Below are positions 1 through 7,745 of a stretch of 64,000 nt of DNA, one piece after another. Location of the stretch: the NCBI GenBank assembly GCA_036513855.1, contig DATBYD010000097.1, forward strand, positions 108,705 through 172,704. The letters run 5' to 3'. The notes under the pieces are model-generated. The model had not been told where the DNA came from. It did not search any database and saw only the letters and a list, made by a program, of their open reading frames with translations. How positions within the stretch are numbered: the stretch's first letter is position 1; the number at the start of each line of letters is the position of its first letter. This DNA is from Steroidobacteraceae bacterium. Lineage in GTDB: Bacteria; Pseudomonadota; Gammaproteobacteria; Steroidobacterales; Steroidobacteraceae. The translations under genes and the position numbers were made by a program.

Positions 1-666
1 CAAAGCTCCGCCGAAGTGGTCCAGCATGAGTTTGGAATCACGCCTTCCAAATTCGTGCTGCTGGAGCATGGCAACTGGGTGGGCTTCTATGCGAACACCG
101 TCACGCGCCAGGAGGCGCGCAGCCGATTGAACATTCCGCAGGACGCGTATGTGTTCCTATTCATTGGCTTATGCAAACCTTACAAGAATCTTGAGTACCT
201 TGTGCGCAGCCACCAGGCCCTGCAGGACGACTCATTGCTGTGGATTGTCGGCCAATTTCAATCGCAGGCTTATTATCGGCGGGTCGCACAGGCCGCCCGG
301 TCCGCCGTCGGCGACCGAACTACCATCCGCGACGAATTCGTCGCCTCCGATGAGCTGCAGCTGTATCTCAACGCCTGTGATGCGGTCGTACTTCCCTACC
401 GGGACATCCTGACTTCGGGTGCGGCGATGCTGGCGCTCAGCTTCGGTCGACCCGTGGTGGCGCCGCGGCTGGGGACGCTTGAGCAGCTGGTGACTGATGA
501 CTGCGGAGTTTTATACGATCCTGCAACGGTCGGGGCATTGCAGGCTGCCATGTGTGCTGCACGCGGCCGGCGCTTTTACCCGCAGAGGATCATCGATCGC
601 GCCCTGCAATTCTCCTGGGATCGATCGGCGGAAGCGTTCGCCAAGAAGGTCTCGGGGATTCGCTGA
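1..666 (+). CDS. Glycosyltransferase family 1 (GT4-like), C-terminal part; 5' end lies outside the window
   Basis: The frame is open from base 1 (QSSAEVVQHEFGI...), and the track start at 16 is only an in-frame GTG. The C-terminal Rossmann half is typical of GT1 enzymes (FLFIGLCKPYKNLEYLV, VVLPYRDILTSGAAMLALSFGRPVVAP). Confidence 0.75.
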   Translation, partial: QSSAEVVQHEFGITPSKFVLLEHGNWVGFYANTVTRQEARSRLNIPQDAYVFLFIGLCKPYKNLEYLVRSHQALQDDSLLWIVGQFQSQAYYRRVAQAARSAVGDRTTIRDEFVASDELQLYLNACDAVVLPYRDILTSGAAMLALSFGRPVVAPRLGTLEQLVTDDCGVLYDPATVGALQAAMCAARGRRFYPQRIIDRALQFSWDRSAEAFAKKVSGIR

Positions 667-755
667 GGCGCCGCTGAGCCAGAGAGTGCGCGAGGCGTCG
701 GCCGCAGCGTGTGGCCTGCCTCGTGTTGCAGGCGGTCGCAGCTGAACCGCTCAAG

Positions 756-1508
756 TCATGCCGCGGCTCGCCGTTTGCCGCGGATTCTATGAACCGCCGC
801 CTGAGCCTGAGAACCCTCGTAGTGTTTCCAGAACAAGCGCGTCATCTTCACGCGCCAGCGACGCACGCGCCAGAACGTCGGCCAGATAGCGCGTGCCGCG
901 GCGAACTCGACCTGTTCCCATCGTTGCGGCTTAGGGAAGTATTGGGCTAACCAGTCATTCACCTTAAGGTCCATGACCAGGTGAGTGCGCGGTTCGTCTC
1001 CGTCGTTCCTGACGTAGTGGCGCTTCGAGAAATTCACGTAATATAGATGCCCTGCCTGCATCTTGATCTTCTCGCCGCCGACAAAAAAGGTGACCCGGTC
1101 GTTCGTCACGATCGGGACATGCAGACGAACTTGCCGGAACGCCAGGCATCCGACCTCCGCACCGATGTCGTAGTGCATGTTGATTACCATGCCCGGGGCA
1201 AGCCGCATGATGCGCATGCGTCCCTGCGGGCACTCTAGCTGGTCCATCAGCTCACGAAAGTAAGGGAGCTGATCAACATACGGCGTCCGACGATAGTCAG
1301 AAAAATCCCACGACGGAAATTGGGCTTGCGGACCGGACACGTCGCCGTTCTTGCTCTTGAGCAGAATCGCCCGCCAGCCTTGCGAAAGGGCGTGGTCGTA
1401 GTGCGAGAGCCACGCCTCGGAATTCTGAAAGCGCTCCAGATCCGCTTTCATCCTTTCCACGTCGAAGCGGATAGGGAAACCATCGGTAAGATCGAGCCAA
1501 GTTCTCAT
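756..1508 (-). CDS. Aspartyl/asparaginyl beta-hydroxylase family Fe(II)/2-oxoglutarate dioxygenase (LpxO-like cupin)
   Basis: 250-aa ORF with an H-x-D...H facial triad (NMHYD ... SKRHYV) and the overall pattern of the Asp/Asn beta-hydroxylase fold. It carries a Trp/Arg-rich C-terminal tail (WPTFWRVRRWRVKMTRLFWKHY). Confidence 0.7.
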   Translation of the reverse strand: MRTWLDLTDGFPIRFDVERMKADLERFQNSEAWLSHYDHALSQGWRAILLKSKNGDVSGPQAQFPSWDFSDYRRTPYVDQLPYFRELMDQLECPQGRMRIMRLAPGMVINMHYDIGAEVGCLAFRQVRLHVPIVTNDRVTFFVGGEKIKMQAGHLYYVNFSKRHYVRNDGDEPRTHLVMDLKVNDWLAQYFPKPQRWEQVEFAAARAIWPTFWRVRRWRVKMTRLFWKHYEGSQAQAAVHRIRGKRRAAA

Positions 1509-1789
1509 TATTTACTCCCCCGCCGTGATTCACCCGACCGCTTGGTGGCATCACGGCCTACGGAAGATTATCAAAGACTCCGCGCAGAGGCACGGCGCAC
1601 GGACTCTCCGGGAGGGGGACTACCAGCAGGGCATGCAGATTCCGGCGTTCCTGCCAGAAGACCCGAGAATCTACCCATGCGCATTCCGGCCATCTTGTAT
1701 ATTGTCAGTCTCGCCGCCCGCCGGCGGCGATCGGCCCCAGGGAACGTGCGCAAGCAAGGTGAGCAGATGGCGTCTGGAAGCGCCCGACC

Positions 1790-2812
1790 ATGACGCTAGA
1801 GGGCGCCGAGCCGCGACCCGCGCCGCGCATCGGTGTCGTGATTCCATATTTCCAGCGGGATGCGGGGCTGCTTAGGAGGGCTCTAACCTCAGTTGCCGCG
1901 CAGGAGCACAGTCCCGTTCAAGTCGTAGTAGTCGACGACGGCTCGCCGCGGGCCGCTGCCGAGGAAATCACTCCGACGCTACATAATGCACTGCCCGGCT
2001 TGACCGTCATCCGCCAGGCCAACCAGGGTGTCGCTGCTGCCAGGAATAGAGCTCTCGATGCACTCACGGCCGACGTGTCGGCGGTTGCCCTACTGGACAG
2101 CGATGACTACTGGGAGGCTTCCCATCTGCGCCACGCGGCGACCGCCCTATCGCGCGGCGCCGACTTTTTCTTCTCGAATTCCAGGACCGAAGGAGACACG
2201 ACGGCCTGGTTTGACCAGCAGCCGCGCCGTTACCTTCTTTCCGAGTCCCAGCCGGTCGAGGGAGCGCCCGGCATCTTGCAATGGTGCAAAGGTGTACCCG
2301 CGTTATTTGGCAATGCATGCCCTTTCGCGACCGCTACGGTTGTATTCAGGCGCGCCATAATGCCGGAGCTCCGTTTCTCGGTGAAGTTCCGCCGGGCGGG
2401 TGAAGATCACGTCGCTTTCTGGGAGCTGCTTGTGCGCTCATCCGTCATCATGTTTTGCACGCGGCCAACCCTCGTATACGGAAGCGCAGGGCTAGGCACC
2501 TGGCGGAACGCGACACATGGGTCCGTCGCGCATCTTGTCAGGCTCGCCGATGAGATTCGTCTGCGTCGACATGTGATCGGCAGTTACCCAGTGAGAGCGA
2601 GCGATCGGCGACTGATGCAGCTTGCGATCGCTGAGCGACGATCCACGGCGCTTAACTCCGCGTTGCATTTATTGAAACGAAGAAGAAGAGGCGCTTTCAA
2701 CGAGATTCTCTACCTGCTCCGCTCCGACCCGATGTGCGCGCTGTTCTGGTGCGTCGATCTGCCGAAGCTCGTGTACCGCAAGATTCGTGCCCGGCGCATC
2801 ATTACAAGTTGA
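1790..2812 (+). CDS. Glycosyltransferase family 2
   Basis: N-terminal GT-A signature: IGVVIPYFQR, VVVVDDGS, ARN.ALD and the LLDSDD (DxD) motif. Confidence 0.85.
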   Translation: MTLEGAEPRPAPRIGVVIPYFQRDAGLLRRALTSVAAQEHSPVQVVVVDDGSPRAAAEEITPTLHNALPGLTVIRQANQGVAAARNRALDALTADVSAVALLDSDDYWEASHLRHAATALSRGADFFFSNSRTEGDTTAWFDQQPRRYLLSESQPVEGAPGILQWCKGVPALFGNACPFATATVVFRRAIMPELRFSVKFRRAGEDHVAFWELLVRSSVIMFCTRPTLVYGSAGLGTWRNATHGSVAHLVRLADEIRLRRHVIGSYPVRASDRRLMQLAIAERRSTALNSALHLLKRRRRGAFNEILYLLRSDPMCALFWCVDLPKLVYRKIRARRIITS

Positions 2813-2844
2813 GCGAGCTCAAGCGCGGTGATGAAAGGTAGGCG

Positions 2845-3861
2845 ATGACGTCCGCGGACTCGGAACCACGAGCCGGACCACGCATCGGTGTCGTAATTCC
2901 GTATTTCCAACGGGACGCCGGCTTGCTGCAGCGGGCGCTAAGTTCCGTGGCGGCTCAGGAATACCGCCCGGCTCAGGTTGTCGTCGTTGACGACGGTTCC
3001 CCGCGAGCCGCGGCTGACGAGATCCCGGCCGCCCTGTACGAGGCGCTACCCGCATTGACCGTCATTCGCCAGGAAAACCAGGGGGTCGCTGCCGCCAGGA
3101 ATGCAGCTCTCGATGCGATCGCCGAAGACATATCGGCGGTTGCCCTGCTGGACAGCGATGACTGCTGGGAGCCCTCGCACCTGCGCAACGCGGCGACGGC
3201 GCTATCACGGGGGGCCGATTTTTTCTTCTCGAACTCTCGGACCGAAGGAGAGAGCACTGACTACTTCCATGCCCACTCGCGCCGCGACGTTCTTTACAAC
3301 TCCCAGCCGGTTGAGGGGGCGCCTGGTATCCTGCGCTGGACGGCGGGCGTATCCGCGCTATTTGGTGCCGGGTGTGCATTCGCCACCGCTACGGTGGTAT
3401 TCAGGCGCGCGGTCATGCCGGAGCTTCGCTTCTCGACTAAGTTCCGCCGCGCCGGCGAGGATCAGCTCGCGTTCTGGGAGCTGCTTGTGCGCTCATCCGT
3501 CATCATGTTTTGCACACGGCCAACCCTGGTCTACGGCAGCGCAGGACTTGGCACCTGGCGCAACGCGACACGCGGTTCGGTGTCGCATCTTGTCAGGCTG
3601 GCCGACGAGATCCGCTTACGCCGACAGGTGATCGCCAGTTATCCACTAAGCCCCGATGATCGGCAGCTGATGTTGCGGGCCATCGCCGAGCGACGGGTCA
3701 CAGCGCTTTACTCCGCATTGCACCTGTTGAAGTTACGGCGCAACACTTTCAAGGAGGTCCTCTACCTGTTCCGGTCCGATCCGATGTGCGCGCTATCCTG
3801 GTGCGTCGATCTGCCGAAACTGCTGTACCGGAGAATTCGAAACGTACCGACCACACCTTGA
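2845..3861 (+). CDS. Glycosyltransferase family 2, tandem paralog of 1790..2812
   Basis: Same GT-A motifs. It is collinear with the upstream copy over the full length, and most residues are identical by eye. Confidence 0.85.
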   Translation: MTSADSEPRAGPRIGVVIPYFQRDAGLLQRALSSVAAQEYRPAQVVVVDDGSPRAAADEIPAALYEALPALTVIRQENQGVAAARNAALDAIAEDISAVALLDSDDCWEPSHLRNAATALSRGADFFFSNSRTEGESTDYFHAHSRRDVLYNSQPVEGAPGILRWTAGVSALFGAGCAFATATVVFRRAVMPELRFSTKFRRAGEDQLAFWELLVRSSVIMFCTRPTLVYGSAGLGTWRNATRGSVSHLVRLADEIRLRRQVIASYPLSPDDRQLMLRAIAERRVTALYSALHLLKLRRNTFKEVLYLFRSDPMCALSWCVDLPKLLYRRIRNVPTTP

Positions 3862-4049
3862 CCAAACCGGCGAGTGCGCCAGTTCGTAGTGGCGATCGCG
3901 GTTTGAGTTCACCGTTGCGCCGGGCGCGCGAGTGCGGCGAGCGGCAAAGCATCCGCCTCGGAGACCTGTACTCTGATTTGCCTGCCGCCGCTGTTCCGGC
4001 GTCGGGCTGAGTCCGGATTTTGGTATCATGAAATTCAGGTAGATGCGCA

Positions 4050-4832
4050 ATGCGTGAATGGTTTTCCGAAGTCTGGCAGTCCCGGGAAATACTGTATTTC
4101 CTGGCCTGGCGTGACGTGAAGGTACGCTACAAGCAGGCGACACTGGGCGTGGCGTGGGCTGTCCTGCAGCCGTTCCTGACAATGGTCGTCTTTGCCTTCT
4201 TCTTCGGGAGGTTGGCGCGAATTCCGAGCGAGGGGGTGCCGTACCCACTGTTTTCGTACTCGGCGCTGGTGCTGTGGACATACTTCGCGGTCACGCTTGC
4301 GGGGGTCGGTAACAGTCTGATCGCCAATTCCGATCTGATCACCAAGATCTACTTTCCGCGCGTGCTGTTGCCGGCGGCTGCCGCCTTTGGAGGGCTGCTC
4401 GATCTGCTCGTCAGTTCCGTGTTCCTTATCGGAATGCTGTTTTACTACCACATCACTCCGAGTTGGACGATGCTGCTCGCCCCCATTTTTGTCGCTCAGA
4501 CCGTGCTGTTGGTCCTTGGGGTAGGCATGCTGCTGGCAGCGCTGAACGTGCGCTACCGTGACGTCAAGTACACCATTCCGTTCGTGACGCAAATCGGTCT
4601 GTATGTGACGCCGGTGATTTACCCGGTGAGCTTCCTGCCGGAGCGTTTCCATGCCGTGCTGGCTTTGAATCCGATGACCGGCGTGATCGAGGGGTTCCGC
4701 GCCTGCCTGTTTCGGGGCAGCAACGTCGGTTGGCAGGTGTTGGGTTGCTCGTGGGCGGTGACGCTGTTGCTACTGTTGCTCGGCAGCTGGCACTTCAGAA
4801 GCACCGAGCGCGTTTTTGCCGATATTGTCTGA
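4050..4832 (+). CDS. wzm: ABC-2 type polysaccharide exporter permease (Wzm-like)
   Basis: 260-aa protein with about six hydrophobic spans. The N-terminus is typical of ABC-2 O-antigen/teichoic acid exporters (REILYFLAWRDVKVRYKQATLGVAWAVLQP). It sits directly upstream of the matching ATPase. Confidence 0.85.
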   Translation: MREWFSEVWQSREILYFLAWRDVKVRYKQATLGVAWAVLQPFLTMVVFAFFFGRLARIPSEGVPYPLFSYSALVLWTYFAVTLAGVGNSLIANSDLITKIYFPRVLLPAAAAFGGLLDLLVSSVFLIGMLFYYHITPSWTMLLAPIFVAQTVLLVLGVGMLLAALNVRYRDVKYTIPFVTQIGLYVTPVIYPVSFLPERFHAVLALNPMTGVIEGFRACLFRGSNVGWQVLGCSWAVTLLLLLLGSWHFRSTERVFADIV

Positions 4833-4847
4833 GGCCACCCATCTGTC

Positions 4848-6146
4848 ATGACTGAATCTGTCACGGTCGAACACCTCTCCAAGAGCTACAAGCTTGGGGC
4901 CCTGAGACAGGAGACCCAGTTGCGTGATCAGCTCGTGCGTGTGCTACGACAGCCGTTCCGCAGGCGAGCGCCGACGCAAATACTTTGGGCGCTGCGTGAT
5001 GTCTCCTTCACGGTGCAGGAGGGGGAGGTGGTCGGCATCATCGGCCGCAACGGCGCCGGCAAGAGCACGCTCCTCAAGGTACTTTCGAAAATCACCCATC
5101 CGACATCTGGCAGGGTGCGTGCGCGCGGGCGCGTTGCAGCGCTGCTGGAGGTTGGCGCCGGCTTTCACGAGGAGCTCACCGGGCGCGAGAACATCTTTCT
5201 GAACGGCTCCGTGATGGGCATGAAAAAAAAGGAGGTTGACGCAAAGCTCGAGGCGATCGTGGAGTTCTCCGGTCTGGCGCGTTTCCTCGACACGCCCATC
5301 AAGCGCTATTCGAGCGGTATGCGCTCACGGCTTGGCTTCGCGGTGGCCGCGCACCTGGATCCGGATGTACTGATCGTCGATGAGGTGCTGGCGGTTGGCG
5401 ATGCGGCATTCCAGAAGAAATGCGTCAGGGCCATGCAGGATCTGCGCAGTGGCGGACGTACCGTGCTGTTCGTCTCGCACAACATGGCCGCCGTTGAGAA
5501 TCTGTGCTCGCGCGGCATATGGATCTCTGACGGCAGCGTGCGGCTCGACGGCCCCACCCACGCGGTCATAGAGGCGTACATGGCGACCTTCGCGTCCGCT
5601 GGCGCTGGCGCCAACGAGTTCGCGGCGGTGGAGGGTCGGCGTGGCAGCGGCGAGATTCGCTATACGCGCGTGGAATACCTTTCGGAGCACGGGGAGTTGC
5701 AACCGGTCATCCGGGCGGGCAAGCGCATTGTATTTCGCCTTCACTACCGCGCGAACGAGACCATCGAGCGGGCGACTTTTGCGTTCAATATCTCTACCGA
5801 GCTTGGCACGCTGGTCACCGAATTCAGCACCTGGCTGCACGGGCTCGATCTGCCGCAGATCCCGGCGGGAACCGGCTACGTCGATCTGGAGGTGGATGCG
5901 CTCAACCTTCTGCCCGGGCGCTACCAGCTCTCGCTGTGGATAAATGCCGGCGGCAGCCCGCGCGCGGCTGACTCGCTGGAGAACGCGCTGCAACTGGATG
6001 TCGAGGAGACGCCGATCTACGGGTCGAGCCGCCTGATCGACAATCGCTACGGGAGCGTTTTCTTTCCTCAGCGCTGGCACTTCGGTGGCATCGGCAGCGG
6101 CGTGGCTGCGGACGTGAGTTCAGCCGTCAAGCGTTCGAAGGCGTAG
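4848..6146 (+). CDS. wzt: Polysaccharide ABC exporter ATP-binding protein (Wzt-like) with an extra C-terminal domain
   Basis: Walker A (GRNGAGKST), ABC signature (YSSGMRSRL) and Walker B (LIVDEVLAVGD). An additional C-terminal domain of about 170 aa occupies the position of the Wzt carbohydrate-binding domain. Confidence 0.85.
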   Translation: MTESVTVEHLSKSYKLGALRQETQLRDQLVRVLRQPFRRRAPTQILWALRDVSFTVQEGEVVGIIGRNGAGKSTLLKVLSKITHPTSGRVRARGRVAALLEVGAGFHEELTGRENIFLNGSVMGMKKKEVDAKLEAIVEFSGLARFLDTPIKRYSSGMRSRLGFAVAAHLDPDVLIVDEVLAVGDAAFQKKCVRAMQDLRSGGRTVLFVSHNMAAVENLCSRGIWISDGSVRLDGPTHAVIEAYMATFASAGAGANEFAAVEGRRGSGEIRYTRVEYLSEHGELQPVIRAGKRIVFRLHYRANETIERATFAFNISTELGTLVTEFSTWLHGLDLPQIPAGTGYVDLEVDALNLLPGRYQLSLWINAGGSPRAADSLENALQLDVEETPIYGSSRLIDNRYGSVFFPQRWHFGGIGSGVAADVSSAVKRSKA

Positions 6147-6243
6147 CCGGCGCCGCTAAAGCTGGGCCGGGCACGCCGCGGCACCAGGATCGTCGCTTCC
6201 GGGCGGCCGTTGTGCACCGATAGGGCCGCCTCACGTTGGCAAC

Positions 6244-6259
6244 TGTGACCATGTTCACA
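6244..6259. promoter_or_regulatory. Perfect CRP/Clp-type palindrome TGTGA-N6-TCACA
   Basis: TGTGACCATGTTCACA was read directly. Its centre lies about 87 nt upstream of the ATG at 6339, in the intergenic region after wzt. Confidence 0.4.
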
Positions 6260-6276
6260 GTGCCGGCTGCCCCGCT

Positions 6277-6296
6277 CTTTACACTGTCGTGTAAAG
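6277..6296. promoter_or_regulatory. Perfect 8+4+8 inverted repeat CTTTACAC-TGTC-GTGTAAAG (unknown operator)
   Basis: Read directly; the arms are exact reverse complements. It lies 43 nt upstream of the ATG at 6339. Confidence 0.35.
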
Positions 6297-6338
6297 TGCC
6301 GGCCTCCCGGGCCCTAGAGCGAGCGTCAGACGGTCTTC

Positions 6339-7745
6339 ATGCGGATCCGCGTTTTTGGACAGGTTTTGCCGGTATCGATCGCGGTTCTCGCGGTCATCGA
6401 GGGCGTGTTTGCCTTCTTCGCGCTCTATACGGCCGTACTGATCCGATTTGACACCCCGATCCGTCACCTGCACCTGCTGGAGCTGGAACTGGGCCCGGTG
6501 TGGCCGCGCGGGTTGCTGTTCAGCGCCATTGTGGTGACCTGCCTGCTCGCTTTCGGGCTGTATAGCGGACGCCAGCGCGCGCAACTCGCCGGCGTTTTCG
6601 TGCGCCTGGTGGCCGCATTGGCCATCACCTCCGGGGCCCTCGCAGCGCTGTTTTATCTCGTCCCGCGTTTGCACTTATTTCGGGGCGTTTCAGCGCTGGC
6701 GGTGTTCCTCACCGGCTGCGGCGTACTCGCCTCGCGAGTGGTGTTTACGCGCGTGGTCGATCAGGACCTGTTCAAGCGCCGCGTGCTGGTGTACGGGGCC
6801 GGTACCTCGGCCCGCTCGATTGCGAACCTGCGCCGCTCGGCTGACCGCCGCGGCTTTCTGCTCGTCGGGTTTGTCCAGCCAGCGGGCGAGGACACCTCGA
6901 TCGCCTCGGAGCGACTGCTCGATCCGGCCGGAGACCTGTGCGCATTGTGCGACCGGCTCGGCATTACCGAGGTCGTCGTGGCGATGGATGACCGAAGGCG
7001 CGGTTTCCCGATCCGCGACCTTCTTGAGTGCCGCCTGGCCGGAATCGACGTCACCGAACTACTCACCTTCCTTGAGCGCGAGACGGGGCGCGTGCGCATC
7101 GATGTCCTCAATCCGAGCTGGATGATCTTCGGGCAGGGCTTCCGGCGCGATCCGCTGCGACTGTTTTCCTCGCGCACCCTGGATGTACTTGCCAGCATCG
7201 GAGTGTTGGCGGTCTCCGCGCCGTTCATGCTCCTCACCGTGATTGCGATCAAGCTGGAGGACGGCTTGCGCGCGCCAGCGCTGTACAGCCAGCAGCGGGT
7301 CGGCCTCGGAGGACGTCCGTTCCGCCTGATCAAGTTTCGCAGCATGCGCCAGGACGCGGAGCTGAACGGCGCGCAGTGGGCGCGTCGCGAGGATCCGCGC
7401 GTGACGCGGGTCGGGGGCGTGATTCGCAAGCTGCGAATCGATGAGCTGCCGCAGATCATCAATGTGCTGCGCGGGCACATGAGCTTCGTCGGTCCGCGCC
7501 CCGAGCGGCCGGAGTTCGTGGCAGAACTGTCGGAGAAGATCCCGTACTACGTGCAGCGCCACTGCGTGAAGCCGGGGATCACCGGCTGGGCGCAGCTGTG
7601 CTATCCGTACGGCTCTTCCGAGCAGGATGCGCTCGAGAAGCTGCAGTACGATCTGTATTACATCAAGAACAACAACCTGTTGTTTGATCTTGCGATCCTC
7701 GTACAGACCGCCGAAGTGGTTCTGCTTGGGAAGGGAGCTCGCTGA
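6339..7745 (+). CDS. Undecaprenyl-phosphate sugar phosphotransferase (priming transferase, PEP-CTERM/EPS-associated type)
   Basis: N-terminal multi-span membrane region followed by the C-terminal bacterial sugar transferase domain (RPFRLIKFRSMR, DELPQIINVLRGHMSFVGPRPERPEF, KPGITGWAQ). Confidence 0.85.
   Translation: MRIRVFGQVLPVSIAVLAVIEGVFAFFALYTAVLIRFDTPIRHLHLLELELGPVWPRGLLFSAIVVTCLLAFGLYSGRQRAQLAGVFVRLVAALAITSGALAALFYLVPRLHLFRGVSALAVFLTGCGVLASRVVFTRVVDQDLFKRRVLVYGAGTSARSIANLRRSADRRGFLLVGFVQPAGEDTSIASERLLDPAGDLCALCDRLGITEVVVAMDDRRRGFPIRDLLECRLAGIDVTELLTFLERETGRVRIDVLNPSWMIFGQGFRRDPLRLFSSRTLDVLASIGVLAVSAPFMLLTVIAIKLEDGLRAPALYSQQRVGLGGRPFRLIKFRSMRQDAELNGAQWARREDPRVTRVGGVIRKLRIDELPQIINVLRGHMSFVGPRPERPEFVAELSEKIPYYVQRHCVKPGITGWAQLCYPYGSSEQDALEKLQYDLYYIKNNNLLFDLAILVQTAEVVLLGKGAR

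Noticed and set aside
6075-6090. A sigma-54-like -24/-12 element (TGGCAC-TTCGG-TGGCA) lies inside the 3' end of wzt, 250 nt upstream of the priming transferase gene.
   Set aside because: GG-N10-GC spacing is correct, but the -12 box is TGGC rather than TTGC. It lies inside a coding region. The two palindromes that could serve as activator sites lie downstream of it rather than upstream. It is probably a chance match (codons RWHFGG).
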